NCBI GenBank assembly: GCA_963675495.1
Contig: OY776215.1
Coordinates: 2,112,001-2,176,000 of the forward strand
Length of the DNA: 64,000 bases
Source of the DNA: an uncultured Methanolobus sp.
GTDB lineage: Archaea > Halobacteriota > Methanosarcinia > Methanosarcinales > Methanosarcinaceae
Reading direction: 5' to 3'
The translations under genes were made by a program, and so were the position numbers. Below are positions 38,878 to 48,736 of the stretch, piece after piece. Each line of letters starts with the position of its first letter. Position 1 is the stretch's first letter. The notes under the pieces are model-generated. The model searched no databases and had not been told where the DNA came from. It worked only from the letters and a program-made list of their open reading frames with translations.

Positions 38878-39744
38878 ATGAAAATAAAATACGGTAGCAT
38901 TACTGTAATTATGCTTTTACTTATGGCTACTTTTGTATCCGGTTGTATGGGGGTCCGTGAAGAATTCTCTTCACAGTCAGCTGATTATATTGTGGCTGAG
39001 GACTACGACGATTCCTATTCCAGAAATGCAGCCATGGGTGAAGCTGCTTATGATGGTGATTATGGTGGAGCTTCCACTGCTTCTGTGGACCGCAAAACAA
39101 TAACGACCATCGATATGACAATAAGGGTCAATGATGCCGCAGCAAGTCTGGATGAGATCTCAAAAATGGCGCTTGCTTCAGGTGGATATGTTTCCAGTTC
39201 TTCTGTCTACGATTCATATTATGAATCTGATGCCGGTAAAGAGGGATATGTTACAGTAAGGATTCCCGAATCCGAATATTCTTTGTTCCTTGATAATGTG
39301 GAGGACTTGGGGGAAGTAACATCTAAAAGTGTAAATGCACAGGATGTCACGGAAGAATACATCGATGTGACCGCACGTCTGGATAATCTTCAAATACAGG
39401 AAACCCGCCTTCAGGAAATACTCAATATGACCGTAACGGTTGAAGAGGTTTTGAGTGTGGAAAAGGAACTTGGCAGGGTGCGCGGTGAGATTGAAAGCCT
39501 TACAGGAAGGTTGAATTATCTCGAAGACCGGATCGAGTTCTCGACCATAAATATACGTGTCACAGAACCAAGGCCAATTACTCGTTCATGGGGAATCAGG
39601 GATGCACTATCCGAATCTGTCAACGGGTTCATCTCAATGGTAAATGCCTTGATAGTGCTTGTGGGATATGTTTTACCACTGGTGATTATTGTAGCAGTCT
39701 TTGGCGGAGCTTTTGTAGCATTGAGAAGAAGGGTACGCAGGTAA
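38878..39744 (+). CDS. DUF4349-like lipoprotein with C-terminal TM helix
   Basis: Lipobox 'VSGC', 'GGYV', 'VRIP', 'DVTEEY.D..ARL', coiled coil. Confidence 0.85.
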   Translation: MKIKYGSITVIMLLLMATFVSGCMGVREEFSSQSADYIVAEDYDDSYSRNAAMGEAAYDGDYGGASTASVDRKTITTIDMTIRVNDAAASLDEISKMALASGGYVSSSSVYDSYYESDAGKEGYVTVRIPESEYSLFLDNVEDLGEVTSKSVNAQDVTEEYIDVTARLDNLQIQETRLQEILNMTVTVEEVLSVEKELGRVRGEIESLTGRLNYLEDRIEFSTINIRVTEPRPITRSWGIRDALSESVNGFISMVNALIVLVGYVLPLVIIVAVFGGAFVALRRRVRR

Positions 39745-39773
39745 ATTATTTTCTTGCATACTAGATTTGTATG

Positions 39774-39815
39774 AATTTTGTTGATGTTTTCATATCAGCA
39801 AAATTTATTTATTTT
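39774..39815 (+). terminator. hairpin plus T-tract after the DUF4349-like gene
   Basis: AATTTTGTTGAT...ATCAGCAAAATT followed by TATTTATTTT. Confidence 0.45.
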
Positions 39816-39901
39816 AACTCAGTTCTATTACTCAATCCTTTGTTGTTTATCACTTCGTGCTAAGTAATTATATATAGTCACATCAAAATAGCAGGTAAAA
39901 T

Positions 39902-40894
39902 ATGAATGACTCTACTCCTGTATCTGAGATTGGTGAACGTTCACTTATAAAACGCTTATCTGGTATTTTCAATAAAGGTTGCAATCCTGATGTGCGCATC
40001 GGATCCGGAACTGATGATTGTGCAGTTGTTGATATTTCTGGTGGGGAGTATATGGTGATAACAACCGATATGTTGCACCGGAAAACCGATTTCCCTCTTC
40101 AGATGACTCCCTGGCAGATAGGTTGGATGTCAGCTGCGGTCAATTTCAGTGATGTGGCTTCCATGGGTGCACGCCCAATAGGTTTTCTTTCAGCCATGGG
40201 TCTTTCCAAAGACACGGATATTTCTTTTGTCGAGGAAATTTCCAGGGGGATGGATGATTGTGCCAAATTCTGTGGCACTTCAGTCATAGGTGGGGATATT
40301 GACACCCACGATGAACTAACAATTACAGGTACTGCACTTGGCAAAGTCAAAAGATCTGAGCTGCTGACCCGTAAAGGTGCAATGGTCGGTGACAAGGTTT
40401 GCGTAACAGGGTTTGCAGGTTCTGCCGGAGCCGCACTCCATGCAATTGAGAAAAATATTACTATTCCTAATAGTCTTCTCAATAAACTGCTTACGCCTGT
40501 TCCTTGTGTTAACGAAGCAATGAAACTTGCGAGCTCCGGCGCTGTAACATGTATGATGGATACAAGTGATGGTCTGGCAATGTCACTGCATGACCTTGCA
40601 GATCTTAATGGTGTAGGCTTCAGGATAGAGGAGGATTCTCTGCCGATACAAGCTGAGATTTCTGAGTTCGTAACATCTGATCCTGATGTTCTTACAGAAT
40701 TTGCACTTTACACAGGAGGGGATTTTGAATTACTTTTCACGGTCTCTCCTGATATGCTGGAAATTGCTCAAAGCGTATGTTATTTAAATGTTATAGGTGA
40801 AGTAGTTGAGCAGGATGTTGGTACTGTCATTAGGTGCCGTAATGGACAAAACCTGACGATATATCGGAAAGGTTATCTACAATTGGGGGATTAA
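39902..40894 (+). CDS. thiL: thiamine-monophosphate kinase
   Basis: 'GE..LI', 'DDCAV', 'TTDML', 'NFSDVASMG', 'GGD', 'DTSDGL', 'GGDFELLFT'. Confidence 0.95.
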   Translation: MNDSTPVSEIGERSLIKRLSGIFNKGCNPDVRIGSGTDDCAVVDISGGEYMVITTDMLHRKTDFPLQMTPWQIGWMSAAVNFSDVASMGARPIGFLSAMGLSKDTDISFVEEISRGMDDCAKFCGTSVIGGDIDTHDELTITGTALGKVKRSELLTRKGAMVGDKVCVTGFAGSAGAALHAIEKNITIPNSLLNKLLTPVPCVNEAMKLASSGAVTCMMDTSDGLAMSLHDLADLNGVGFRIEEDSLPIQAEISEFVTSDPDVLTEFALYTGGDFELLFTVSPDMLEIAQSVCYLNVIGEVVEQDVGTVIRCRNGQNLTIYRKGYLQLGD

Positions 40895-40943
40895 GATTAG
40901 ACATGATTAGTTTACGTTGTTCATACTTTAAGGAAGTTTTATA

Positions 40944-43900
40944 ATGCAAAAGAAATTGAAATTTATTTTAATCGCATTTTCATTAATGCTTTTCTGCAGC
41001 ACTGTAGGCTCAGCCGAAAATGTTACTGCAGATTTTACATCAAATGTAACTTCAGGTGATGTTCCGTTGCCTGTGCAATTCACAGATAACTCTCTCAATG
41101 CGACTTCTTGGTCCTGGGATTTTAATAATGATGGTACTAATGATTCCTCAGAACAAAATCCAATTTACACTTACACTTCTGATGGTACCTATACCGTTGT
41201 TCTGTTTGCAGTAAATGGAACTGAAAGTGACGTGGAAACAAAAATGGACTATATAGTAGTTAATGCAGTAAGTTCTGATATCGAACCGGTTGCAGACTTC
41301 ACCGCAAACATAACTTCTGGTGACAATCCTCTTACTGTCTTGTTCACTGATAGCTCTACAAATGCTACGGAGTGGTACTGGGATTTTGATAATGATGGCA
41401 ATAATGATTCTACAGAGCAGAACCCAATTTACACTTACACTTCTGACGGTAACTATACTGTTGTCCTTACTGCAGTAAATGGAACTGCAAGCAACGTGAA
41501 AACAAGAGCTGATTACATAACAGTTAGTGCAGTGAGTTCTGGAGCTATTACTGTTGCTGATTTCACCGCAAACATAACTTCTGGTGACAATCCTCTTACT
41601 GTCTTGTTCACTGATAGCTCTACAAATGCTACAGAGTGGTACTGGGATTTTGATAATGATGGCAATAATGATTCTACAGAACAGAACCCAATTTACACTT
41701 ACACTTCTGACGGTACCTATACTGTTGTGCTCACTGCAGTAAATGGGACTGTAAGTGACGTGAAAACAAGAGCTGATTACATAACTGTCAGCACTCCCGT
41801 TTCAAATATTCCAGATGCCTCTTTCAATGCAAATGTGACAGAGGGGTCTGTTTCTCTTCCAGTGATGTTCAATGACACTTCAAGTAATTCCCCAACATCC
41901 TGGTCATGGGATTTTGGAGATGGTGGATCTTCCACTGACCAGCATCCTATACATACTTACACTTCTACAGGTGAGTTCAATGTTACTTTGACTGCTACCA
42001 ATGGTGATGGTTCGGACGAAGCCACTAAAACAATATCTGTGTACTCAACAACTTACTTCACTGGCGACAGAATATGGGATGAGAACGCTGACCAATCAGA
42101 TAACAAGTATATCTGGGATGCAAAGAGTTTCTCTGGATTCTTCTATGACCTGGAATCAGGGCTTAGTTCTGAGAATATGACAATTTTCAACATTGATCGT
42201 ACACTTGGTGACGGAGATATTCTTTATCAGACTGCACCAGTTGATACTGACTTTGAGCGTAATGATTGGGGCTCTTATCAGGTTATCGGTTTTATGGCAG
42301 AGAAATACTTTGCAGGATATACAGATGATACGGATATTGATGGCGTTGAAGAAGTAAGCATTATCTCATCAGGTCAGTTGTCAAAGATCCTTGTTGACAA
42401 TGACGAAAAAGAGTCTGCATATTCAGGTTCATCTATTATACTGGAGAATGGATATGAACTTAATATTGTTGAAGTTGATCAAGACGGTGACAAGGTATTC
42501 GTGACCCTTACAAAAGACGGCGATGAGCTAGACAGTTCTGTAATATCAAGTGGTGACGATTACACTTATGAGGTAGATCTTGGTGATGCCGATGACGTTA
42601 TAATACTCGCCGTTCACTTCGATGAGATATTCAGTGGTACGGAATCAAATGCTGTTTTTGTAGAAGGTATTTTCCAGATATCTGATGAGTACCTGGAACT
42701 TGAAGATGGAGAATCCTACGGCGATATGGAAATTACCAGGATCGATGATGATCTTATTGAAATGGAAAATGATGGTTCAGTTTCCCTTTCCAAAGGAAAG
42801 ACAGTAACTCTTATGGGTAAAATAAAGCTCCTGGTTGCTGACAACGATGATCTCAGGTTTGCTCCAGTCGTAGACATGTCAGAACCCGGCACATATGAAC
42901 TTCGTGGTACTGTTGCAGAAGGATCTGAACTTCTCACATGGACTCCACTGAACTTTGAAGGTTTCTACTATGATATTGATGAAGGTGTGCAGACAGAAAC
43001 CCTTGAATTAACAGCCATTTCAGGAAGGTCAATTTCATCAGGTAAACTTGTATACACAAGTACTCCTGCATCCGTTGAGTTTGAACACTCTGACTGGGGT
43101 AAGTTCAACGTGGTTGGTTTCCTGGCAGAGAAGTACTTTACAGGTTACACTTCTGCTACAGATATTGATGGTGTCAGTACATTAAATCTCATTTCTGATG
43201 GTCAGCTATCTAAGGTACTGATGGATGATGATTCCAAAGCTTCAATTTTCTCCGGATCAGAACTTGTTCTTGAAGAAGGTTACACTTTGGAGATTGTGGA
43301 AGTTGACGTGAACGGTGAAAGTGTCCTTATAGAATTGTACAAAGATGGAGATGAAGTTGATACTGATATTGTGTCTTCAGATGCTGACTATGTGTTCGAG
43401 AAAGACCTTGGGGATGCAGATGACGTACCTATAATCATAATACATTTCAATGAAGTTTTCAGAGGAAGCGAAAGCAATGCCGTGTTTGTCGAGGGTATGT
43501 TCCAGATATCTGAAGATTACATAACCCTAGAAAGTGGTGATCAGTATGGTAATATGGATATCGATAGCTTCGGTACTTCGATTGTGATGTCAAACGATAA
43601 TTCGATCTCCCTTAATAAGGACAATGAAATCGAACTGACGGACAATATTATGATAAAGGTGGCAGACTCTGATACACTCAGATACTATCCATTTGTCGAA
43701 GTAAAAACAGCAGCTTCCGAAACTCTGGATGTTGAACTGAGCCAGTCCACTGTCGTGGAAGGGGAAGAAATAACTATCACCGTAAATGCACGTGGCGCAT
43801 CAATTGGTGATGCCACCATTAAGGTAGAAGATACAACAATTGGAACAACTGCTGCTGATGGCACTCTGGCTTACACTCCTTCAGAAGCAGGCACTTTTGA

Positions 43901-44657
43901 GATAACAGCTGAAAAGGACGATTATGCCTCGGGTTCGGAAGATCTTGAAGTTATAGATAAGGATGATGAGACCAAAAAGATGAGTGTTGAGGTGTCTCCG
44001 GACGAAGTCTATGAAGGCACATCAATGACCATATTTGTTCTAAAGGCCATTGGAGGCGATGGAATCTCAGGTGCAGATGTTACATTTGATGGAAAGTCCA
44101 TTGGCACCACAGATGATGATGGTACTATAAGCTATACTGCAACTGAAGCTGGAACACACAAGATAATTGCGAGTAAATCCGGTCTTCTTGAGGCAGAACT
44201 TGATCTTAGGGTGGACGAACTTGCAGCTAAATTTGAATTCAGCAACCTTGTTATAACTCCACTTGAAATAAAGCAGGACAAGGAAGCTACGATAAGTGTC
44301 GATGTTGTCAATACGGGTACTGATGCAGGTGATTACACTGTGGATCTTAAGGTCAATGATGTGGTTGTTGATTCACAGTTTATCAGTCTCTCCGTTGGTA
44401 ATTCCACTACCCTTGAGTTCATTCATGTAGAAGAAGAGCCGGGAATCTACGAAGTAAAAGTTGGTGACCTTACAACTACTTATGAAGTGTTTGAAAAATC
44501 CGGTACCCTGTTCTACGTACTTGGAGCAATTGCACTGGCAGCAGTAGGAGGAATTGCTTACTTATTTACAGCAGGTGGATGGACTGTAGAAATAGCACAG
44601 GCAAAAGTAGCTGAAGCAATAGAATCAATAAAAGAGTTGATTGGAAATATCCGATAA
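40944..44657 (+). CDS. surface protein: signal peptide, 4 PKD domains, two Methanosarcina-type S-layer (DUF1608-like) repeats, Ig/CARDB-like domains, C-terminal TM helix
   Basis: Four 'ADF...W.WDF.....S..QNP..TY' PKD units. Two 'F.GF.YD...VGF.AEKYF...GQLSK.L' S-layer repeats. Confidence 0.9.
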   Translation: MQKKLKFILIAFSLMLFCSTVGSAENVTADFTSNVTSGDVPLPVQFTDNSLNATSWSWDFNNDGTNDSSEQNPIYTYTSDGTYTVVLFAVNGTESDVETKMDYIVVNAVSSDIEPVADFTANITSGDNPLTVLFTDSSTNATEWYWDFDNDGNNDSTEQNPIYTYTSDGNYTVVLTAVNGTASNVKTRADYITVSAVSSGAITVADFTANITSGDNPLTVLFTDSSTNATEWYWDFDNDGNNDSTEQNPIYTYTSDGTYTVVLTAVNGTVSDVKTRADYITVSTPVSNIPDASFNANVTEGSVSLPVMFNDTSSNSPTSWSWDFGDGGSSTDQHPIHTYTSTGEFNVTLTATNGDGSDEATKTISVYSTTYFTGDRIWDENADQSDNKYIWDAKSFSGFFYDLESGLSSENMTIFNIDRTLGDGDILYQTAPVDTDFERNDWGSYQVIGFMAEKYFAGYTDDTDIDGVEEVSIISSGQLSKILVDNDEKESAYSGSSIILENGYELNIVEVDQDGDKVFVTLTKDGDELDSSVISSGDDYTYEVDLGDADDVIILAVHFDEIFSGTESNAVFVEGIFQISDEYLELEDGESYGDMEITRIDDDLIEMENDGSVSLSKGKTVTLMGKIKLLVADNDDLRFAPVVDMSEPGTYELRGTVAEGSELLTWTPLNFEGFYYDIDEGVQTETLELTAISGRSISSGKLVYTSTPASVEFEHSDWGKFNVVGFLAEKYFTGYTSATDIDGVSTLNLISDGQLSKVLMDDDSKASIFSGSELVLEEGYTLEIVEVDVNGESVLIELYKDGDEVDTDIVSSDADYVFEKDLGDADDVPIIIIHFNEVFRGSESNAVFVEGMFQISEDYITLESGDQYGNMDIDSFGTSIVMSNDNSISLNKDNEIELTDNIMIKVADSDTLRYYPFVEVKTAASETLDVELSQSTVVEGEEITITVNARGASIGDATIKVEDTTIGTTAADGTLAYTPSEAGTFEITAEKDDYASGSEDLEVIDKDDETKKMSVEVSPDEVYEGTSMTIFVLKAIGGDGISGADVTFDGKSIGTTDDDGTISYTATEAGTHKIIASKSGLLEAELDLRVDELAAKFEFSNLVITPLEIKQDKEATISVDVVNTGTDAGDYTVDLKVNDVVVDSQFISLSVGNSTTLEFIHVEEEPGIYEVKVGDLTTTYEVFEKSGTLFYVLGAIALAAVGGIAYLFTAGGWTVEIAQAKVAEAIESIKELIGNIR
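41298..41785 (+). repeat. near-identical tandem duplication of a PKD-encoding unit (period 264 bp)
   Basis: 41298-41521 versus 41562-41785 differ at about 9 of 224 nt by eye. A more diverged copy precedes them. Confidence 0.9.
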
Positions 44658-44675
44658 ACTCTTTTTTAATTATTT

Positions 44676-45197
44676 TTAATTTATTTTTTTTGCCCCAAGC
44701 TCTATAGCTTCCAGAAGACTGTTCTTTGGCATTATTGTGGCAACAGGTATTCTTAATATTTTTTCTACTGTAGGGCTTACTATTGGTGCACACACTAATG
44801 CCTTTGCTCCATCCCTTTCAGCTCTGACTGCAGCGATTATTGCCTCTTCCATAGAGGTTGCAGAATATTCTCTGATCGTACAAAGACTTCCACCAATTTT
44901 TCTTTTTGTTTCACTGATATTGTCAAGAACTGGTCTGGCAGCAATTACGGCAATGAATTCTCCTTTTTCCGAGCCTTCAAGCTTTTTTATCGTCTTTATT
45001 ATCTGTCTCAATGTTTTGACATTCGGTTCCCTTTTTCCAGACATTATTTTATAAAGGGTGCTTGCAGGAATTCCTGCCTTTTCGGCAAATTCTGCCATAT
45101 TCATATTCAGCTCTTCCTTTATGGTACTGGAAAGGATCTTCCTGAAGTCATCATCAGATTCAAAAACAGCATCTATTATTTTATCAGCAGCACTCAT
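44676..45197 (-). CDS. XRE-family HTH transcriptional regulator with C-terminal alpha/beta domain
   Basis: 'MAEFAEKAGIPASTLYKIMSGKREPN'. Divergent from the ABC transporter. Confidence 0.85.
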   Translation of the reverse strand: MSAADKIIDAVFESDDDFRKILSSTIKEELNMNMAEFAEKAGIPASTLYKIMSGKREPNVKTLRQIIKTIKKLEGSEKGEFIAVIAARPVLDNISETKRKIGGSLCTIREYSATSMEEAIIAAVRAERDGAKALVCAPIVSPTVEKILRIPVATIMPKNSLLEAIELGAKKIN

Positions 45198-45349
45198 TTC
45201 GATATATCTCCCACATTAGTGGCCTATATAGGCAAATAATAATTTAATATTGACATTTTTAGGATATAATACTTGCGGAATGTGGAAATATATATAATAT
45301 ATTGACTCATGCCTTTTAATTATACTTTCCATTTACTCAAGGTGATAAT

Positions 45350-46372
45350 GTGAATTACAAACAGACAATCAAAGTAACTTCCACTTTATTTTTTGTTATT
45401 GCTCTGATAGCAGCAGTATTCATCTCAGGATGTGCTGAACAAACAACAGAGCAGGGCGAGCAAACAGAAACCATTACAGAGCTCACATTTGGTTATCAGC
45501 CAAGTACTCATCAGATAGCATATCTAACTGCAAGGGAAAAAGGCTGGTGGGTTGAGGATCTTGCACCTTATGGGATAGAGGAGGTAAATGACAACCTTTT
45601 CCCAACAGGCGCACCTGAAATGCAGTCAATGCTTGCAGGGGATATCGATGTCGCATATGTTGGTGCAGCACCTGTCATTTCAGCTCTCGCGAGTGGTCTG
45701 GATGCAAAGATCGTGGCTTCAGTCCAGATACAGGGCTCCGATATTGTGCTTCGCACTGAGCTTCCCTACGAGAGTCCGGAAGACCTGAAAGGACTTAAGA
45801 TCGCAACATTCCCACCGGGAACAATACAGGACACTTTGCTTAAGAACTGGCTAAAAGAGAATGGTGTTGACCCTGTGGAAGATGTTGAAATTCTTGGAAT
45901 GGGGCCGGGAGACGCAATGACCGCAATTTCTGCAGGTCAGGTTGATGCAGTTTTCCTTCCACATCCAGCACCTGCCATGATCGAAAGTGAAGGTACAGGC
46001 AGATCAGTTGTTACATCCGGTGCAATGCTTGAGGACCATGCATGCTGTGTTGTTGCTATAAGTGGCAAACTCATAAGGGAACACCCTGATATAGTTCAGC
46101 AGATCGTGGAAACCCATGTACGTGCAACAGATTATAATTCCGAGAACCTGGATGAGGCAGCACAGATATTTGCTGATGACCAGGATTGGGATGTTGAACT
46201 GGTAAAACAGTCGCTGAACGAATGGGATGGTTCCTGGATCGCTGATCCGAGCCTTATAATTAACTCTACAGTGGACTACGCTCAGGTTCAGTATGATCTG
46301 GGATATATTAGCAAACCTCTTACACAGGATGATATATTTGATCTGAGTTTCTATGAAGCTCTTGATCAATAA
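45350..46372 (+). CDS. ABC transporter substrate-binding lipoprotein (SsuA/TauA/NMT1 type)
   Basis: Lipobox 'ISGC', 'GYQPSTHQ', 'DLKG.KIA', 'GQVDA', 'HACCV'. Confidence 0.88.
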   Translation: MNYKQTIKVTSTLFFVIALIAAVFISGCAEQTTEQGEQTETITELTFGYQPSTHQIAYLTAREKGWWVEDLAPYGIEEVNDNLFPTGAPEMQSMLAGDIDVAYVGAAPVISALASGLDAKIVASVQIQGSDIVLRTELPYESPEDLKGLKIATFPPGTIQDTLLKNWLKENGVDPVEDVEILGMGPGDAMTAISAGQVDAVFLPHPAPAMIESEGTGRSVVTSGAMLEDHACCVVAISGKLIREHPDIVQQIVETHVRATDYNSENLDEAAQIFADDQDWDVELVKQSLNEWDGSWIADPSLIINSTVDYAQVQYDLGYISKPLTQDDIFDLSFYEALDQ

Positions 46373-46463
46373 TCCTTTTTTCTTTTTTGATAATAATTTA
46401 AATAATAAGTAGACATTTCTAGTGTCTATCCGGAGGTCTTTATCTCCAGTTACCGGAGGATTC

Positions 46464-47291
46464 ATGGTAAAAAAACATCTTCAAGTCCTGAGTGAAAAAA
46501 GAGTGGAAATAGCCTCTATATGTTCTGCAATTATTCTTTGGCAGCTTTTAGCTGTTTATATCGTTCAGAATAAGTTCTACCTGCCAAGTTTTACGGATGT
46601 GACTCTTGCGTTCATATCAATTATGGCAAAAGATGCTAAGTTAAGTATTATAGGTCTGGATCTTCAACTTCCGGTTTTGATAGTAGACCTTCTTTACAGT
46701 CTTCTTTATTTCTGTATAGGTATGTTTTCTGCACTTGCAATTGGCATTCCCATAGGAATGGTGATGGGCTGGTTCCGTACGATCGATCGTATAGTTGATC
46801 CTTTGATTGAACTCGTACGTCCTATACCACCACTTGCCTGGATTCCTTTTGCTATTATATGGATTGGACTTAACCCTCTGGCAGCAGGCTTTTTGATATT
46901 CATCGGAGCAGTATTTCCAATTATAATAAATACTTTTACAGGTTTTAAGAGCGTTTCCCGTGTTTATGTTGAAGCAGCAAAGGTGCTGGGCTGTAACACC
47001 AATCGTGAATTGATCAGATATGTTGCTCTTCCTTATGCACTTCCTTCAGTTGCTGCAGGTATTCGGATTGCCATGGGAGTTGGCTGGATGTGTCTCGTTG
47101 CTGCAGAAATGTTTGGTGTTAGCAGGAACGGACTTGGTTACAAGATATGGCATCATTACTATCTGCATAACATGGACTTTGTTCTTGTTTACATGTTAAT
47201 ACTCGGTTTCCTTGGATTGTTCATTGACAGATTGCTGCGTTACTATATCGATGGGAAGCTCCTCAAATGGCGCAAAGGGGTCGTGATATAA
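46464..47291 (+). CDS. ABC transporter permease (SsuC/TauC type)
   Basis: 'RPIPPLAWIP', EAA loop 'VEAAKVLG', 'W..LVAAEM'. ATG at 46464 follows GGAGGA. Confidence 0.9.
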   Translation: MVKKHLQVLSEKRVEIASICSAIILWQLLAVYIVQNKFYLPSFTDVTLAFISIMAKDAKLSIIGLDLQLPVLIVDLLYSLLYFCIGMFSALAIGIPIGMVMGWFRTIDRIVDPLIELVRPIPPLAWIPFAIIWIGLNPLAAGFLIFIGAVFPIIINTFTGFKSVSRVYVEAAKVLGCNTNRELIRYVALPYALPSVAAGIRIAMGVGWMCLVAAEMFGVSRNGLGYKIWHHYYLHNMDFVLVYMLILGFLGLFIDRLLRYYIDGKLLKWRKGVVI

Positions 47292-48049
47292 TGGGAAAAG
47301 TAAAAGTAAACAATGTTTTTCGCAGATTTACAAAAGATGAGGATACCTCTACACTAGCGCTGGAAAATGTCAATCTTGAGGTAGAAGATAAGGATTTTGT
47401 ATGTTTCATAGGTCCATCAGGTTGTGGAAAAACTACATTGCTTAGGATAATATCAGGACTTGATAAGCCGGATGAGGGCGAAGTATATCTGGATGACAAA
47501 AAAATCGAATCTCCTGGTCCTGACAGGGGCATGGTTTTCCAAGAGTATTCCCTTTTCCCTTGGAAAACAGTGGTCGATAATATTATATTTGGTCCTCAGA
47601 TGGGCGGGATCAAAAAGAAAGATGCACTTGAGGATGCTGAAAAATACTTGGAACTGGTTGGACTTCAGCAATTCAGGGACAGTTATCCCTATGAGCTGTC
47701 AGGCGGTATGAAGCAGAGAGTAGCTATTGCAAGAGCTCTTGCAAACGAACCGTCGGTTCTGCTTATGGACGAACCTTTCGGTGCATTGGATGCTCAGACA
47801 CGCAATATTCTTCAACAAGAACTATTGGATATATGGCAAAAAAAACATATTACTGTTCTTTTTGTCACGCATAGTGTTGATGAGGCAGTGTTCCTCGCTG
47901 ATAAAATAGTATTGATGAGTGCGCGCCCCGGTAAAATAAAAGAAATAATCAATGTAGACTTGCCAAGGCCTCGTGACAGAACAAGTCTTGAAGCGAATGT
48001 GCTTCGTGAAAGGATTTTGAAATCTCTCCTGAAGGAGCAAACTAAATAA
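47291..48049 (+). CDS. ABC transporter ATP-binding protein (SsuB/TauB type)
   Basis: 'GPSGCGKT', 'LSGGMKQR', 'LLMDEPF', 'VTH'. TAATG coupling to the permease. Confidence 0.93.
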   Translation: MGKVKVNNVFRRFTKDEDTSTLALENVNLEVEDKDFVCFIGPSGCGKTTLLRIISGLDKPDEGEVYLDDKKIESPGPDRGMVFQEYSLFPWKTVVDNIIFGPQMGGIKKKDALEDAEKYLELVGLQQFRDSYPYELSGGMKQRVAIARALANEPSVLLMDEPFGALDAQTRNILQQELLDIWQKKHITVLFVTHSVDEAVFLADKIVLMSARPGKIKEIINVDLPRPRDRTSLEANVLRERILKSLLKEQTK

Positions 48050-48061
48050 TCATTTTTGCGT

Positions 48062-48493
48062 TCATTCGGAACGCACAATCACTTTTGTTCCTGATTCTAT
48101 TTCTTTTATGCTGACTCTTCCAACAAGTTCCATTGTGCTGTTTGCTTTTGCAAATTTGATATTGCAACCAGGGCGCACAAGCATCTCTTTTCCCGCAATT
48201 GCGGAACCGTTGATTTCTACAGAGTCTAAAATTCTAAGTTCACCTGAAGCTTCGACATTACCATTGATCTCTGATTTTGAACCTATGATGACCTCATCTG
48301 CTTTTATATTTCCTTTCACAAAAGTTCCTTTTCCAAGTTTCAGGATACCTTTCACATTTAGATCCTTCCAGAAATTAGAACCTGCCCCAACTATAAAGTT
48401 TCCGTCAATGTTGACGTCTCCTTCAAAAAAGGTTTTTTTGCTGGCAATGAAAGTATTAGAATCCTCATGATATTTGATTGCATTTTCACTCAT
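48062..48493 (-). CDS. bactofilin-like (polymer-forming) beta-helix protein
   Basis: Repeated 'G(D/N)(V/I)...G...(I/V)G..' beta-helix turns of about 17 aa. Confidence 0.7.
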   Translation of the reverse strand: MSENAIKYHEDSNTFIASKKTFFEGDVNIDGNFIVGAGSNFWKDLNVKGILKLGKGTFVKGNIKADEVIIGSKSEINGNVEASGELRILDSVEINGSAIAGKEMLVRPGCNIKFAKANSTMELVGRVSIKEIESGTKVIVRSE

Positions 48494-48736
48494 CTTGGAT
48501 CACTCTGTCTACTTCAATAGTTTTTTCTGATTATAAATGCTACCCAAAATGTCAATATTCTATTTTAATTTTAAGTCTGAATTCAGTTTTGACTATTATT
48601 TTTTTAATAGGTTTTATATACAATAAAGCACCACATACTAGGTATTATATATTATACATTCAATACAATTGCATGTATCTGGTTACCATTAATGTAGATT
48701 TTCTACAATGTGTTTGTCAGGTTCATAGGTGTATAG

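Noticed and set aside
41298-41785. Long direct repeats as a possible CRISPR array or DGR template/variable pair
   Set aside because: They are in-frame PKD domain duplications. There are no spacers, no adenine-specific mismatch pattern and no reverse transcriptase nearby.
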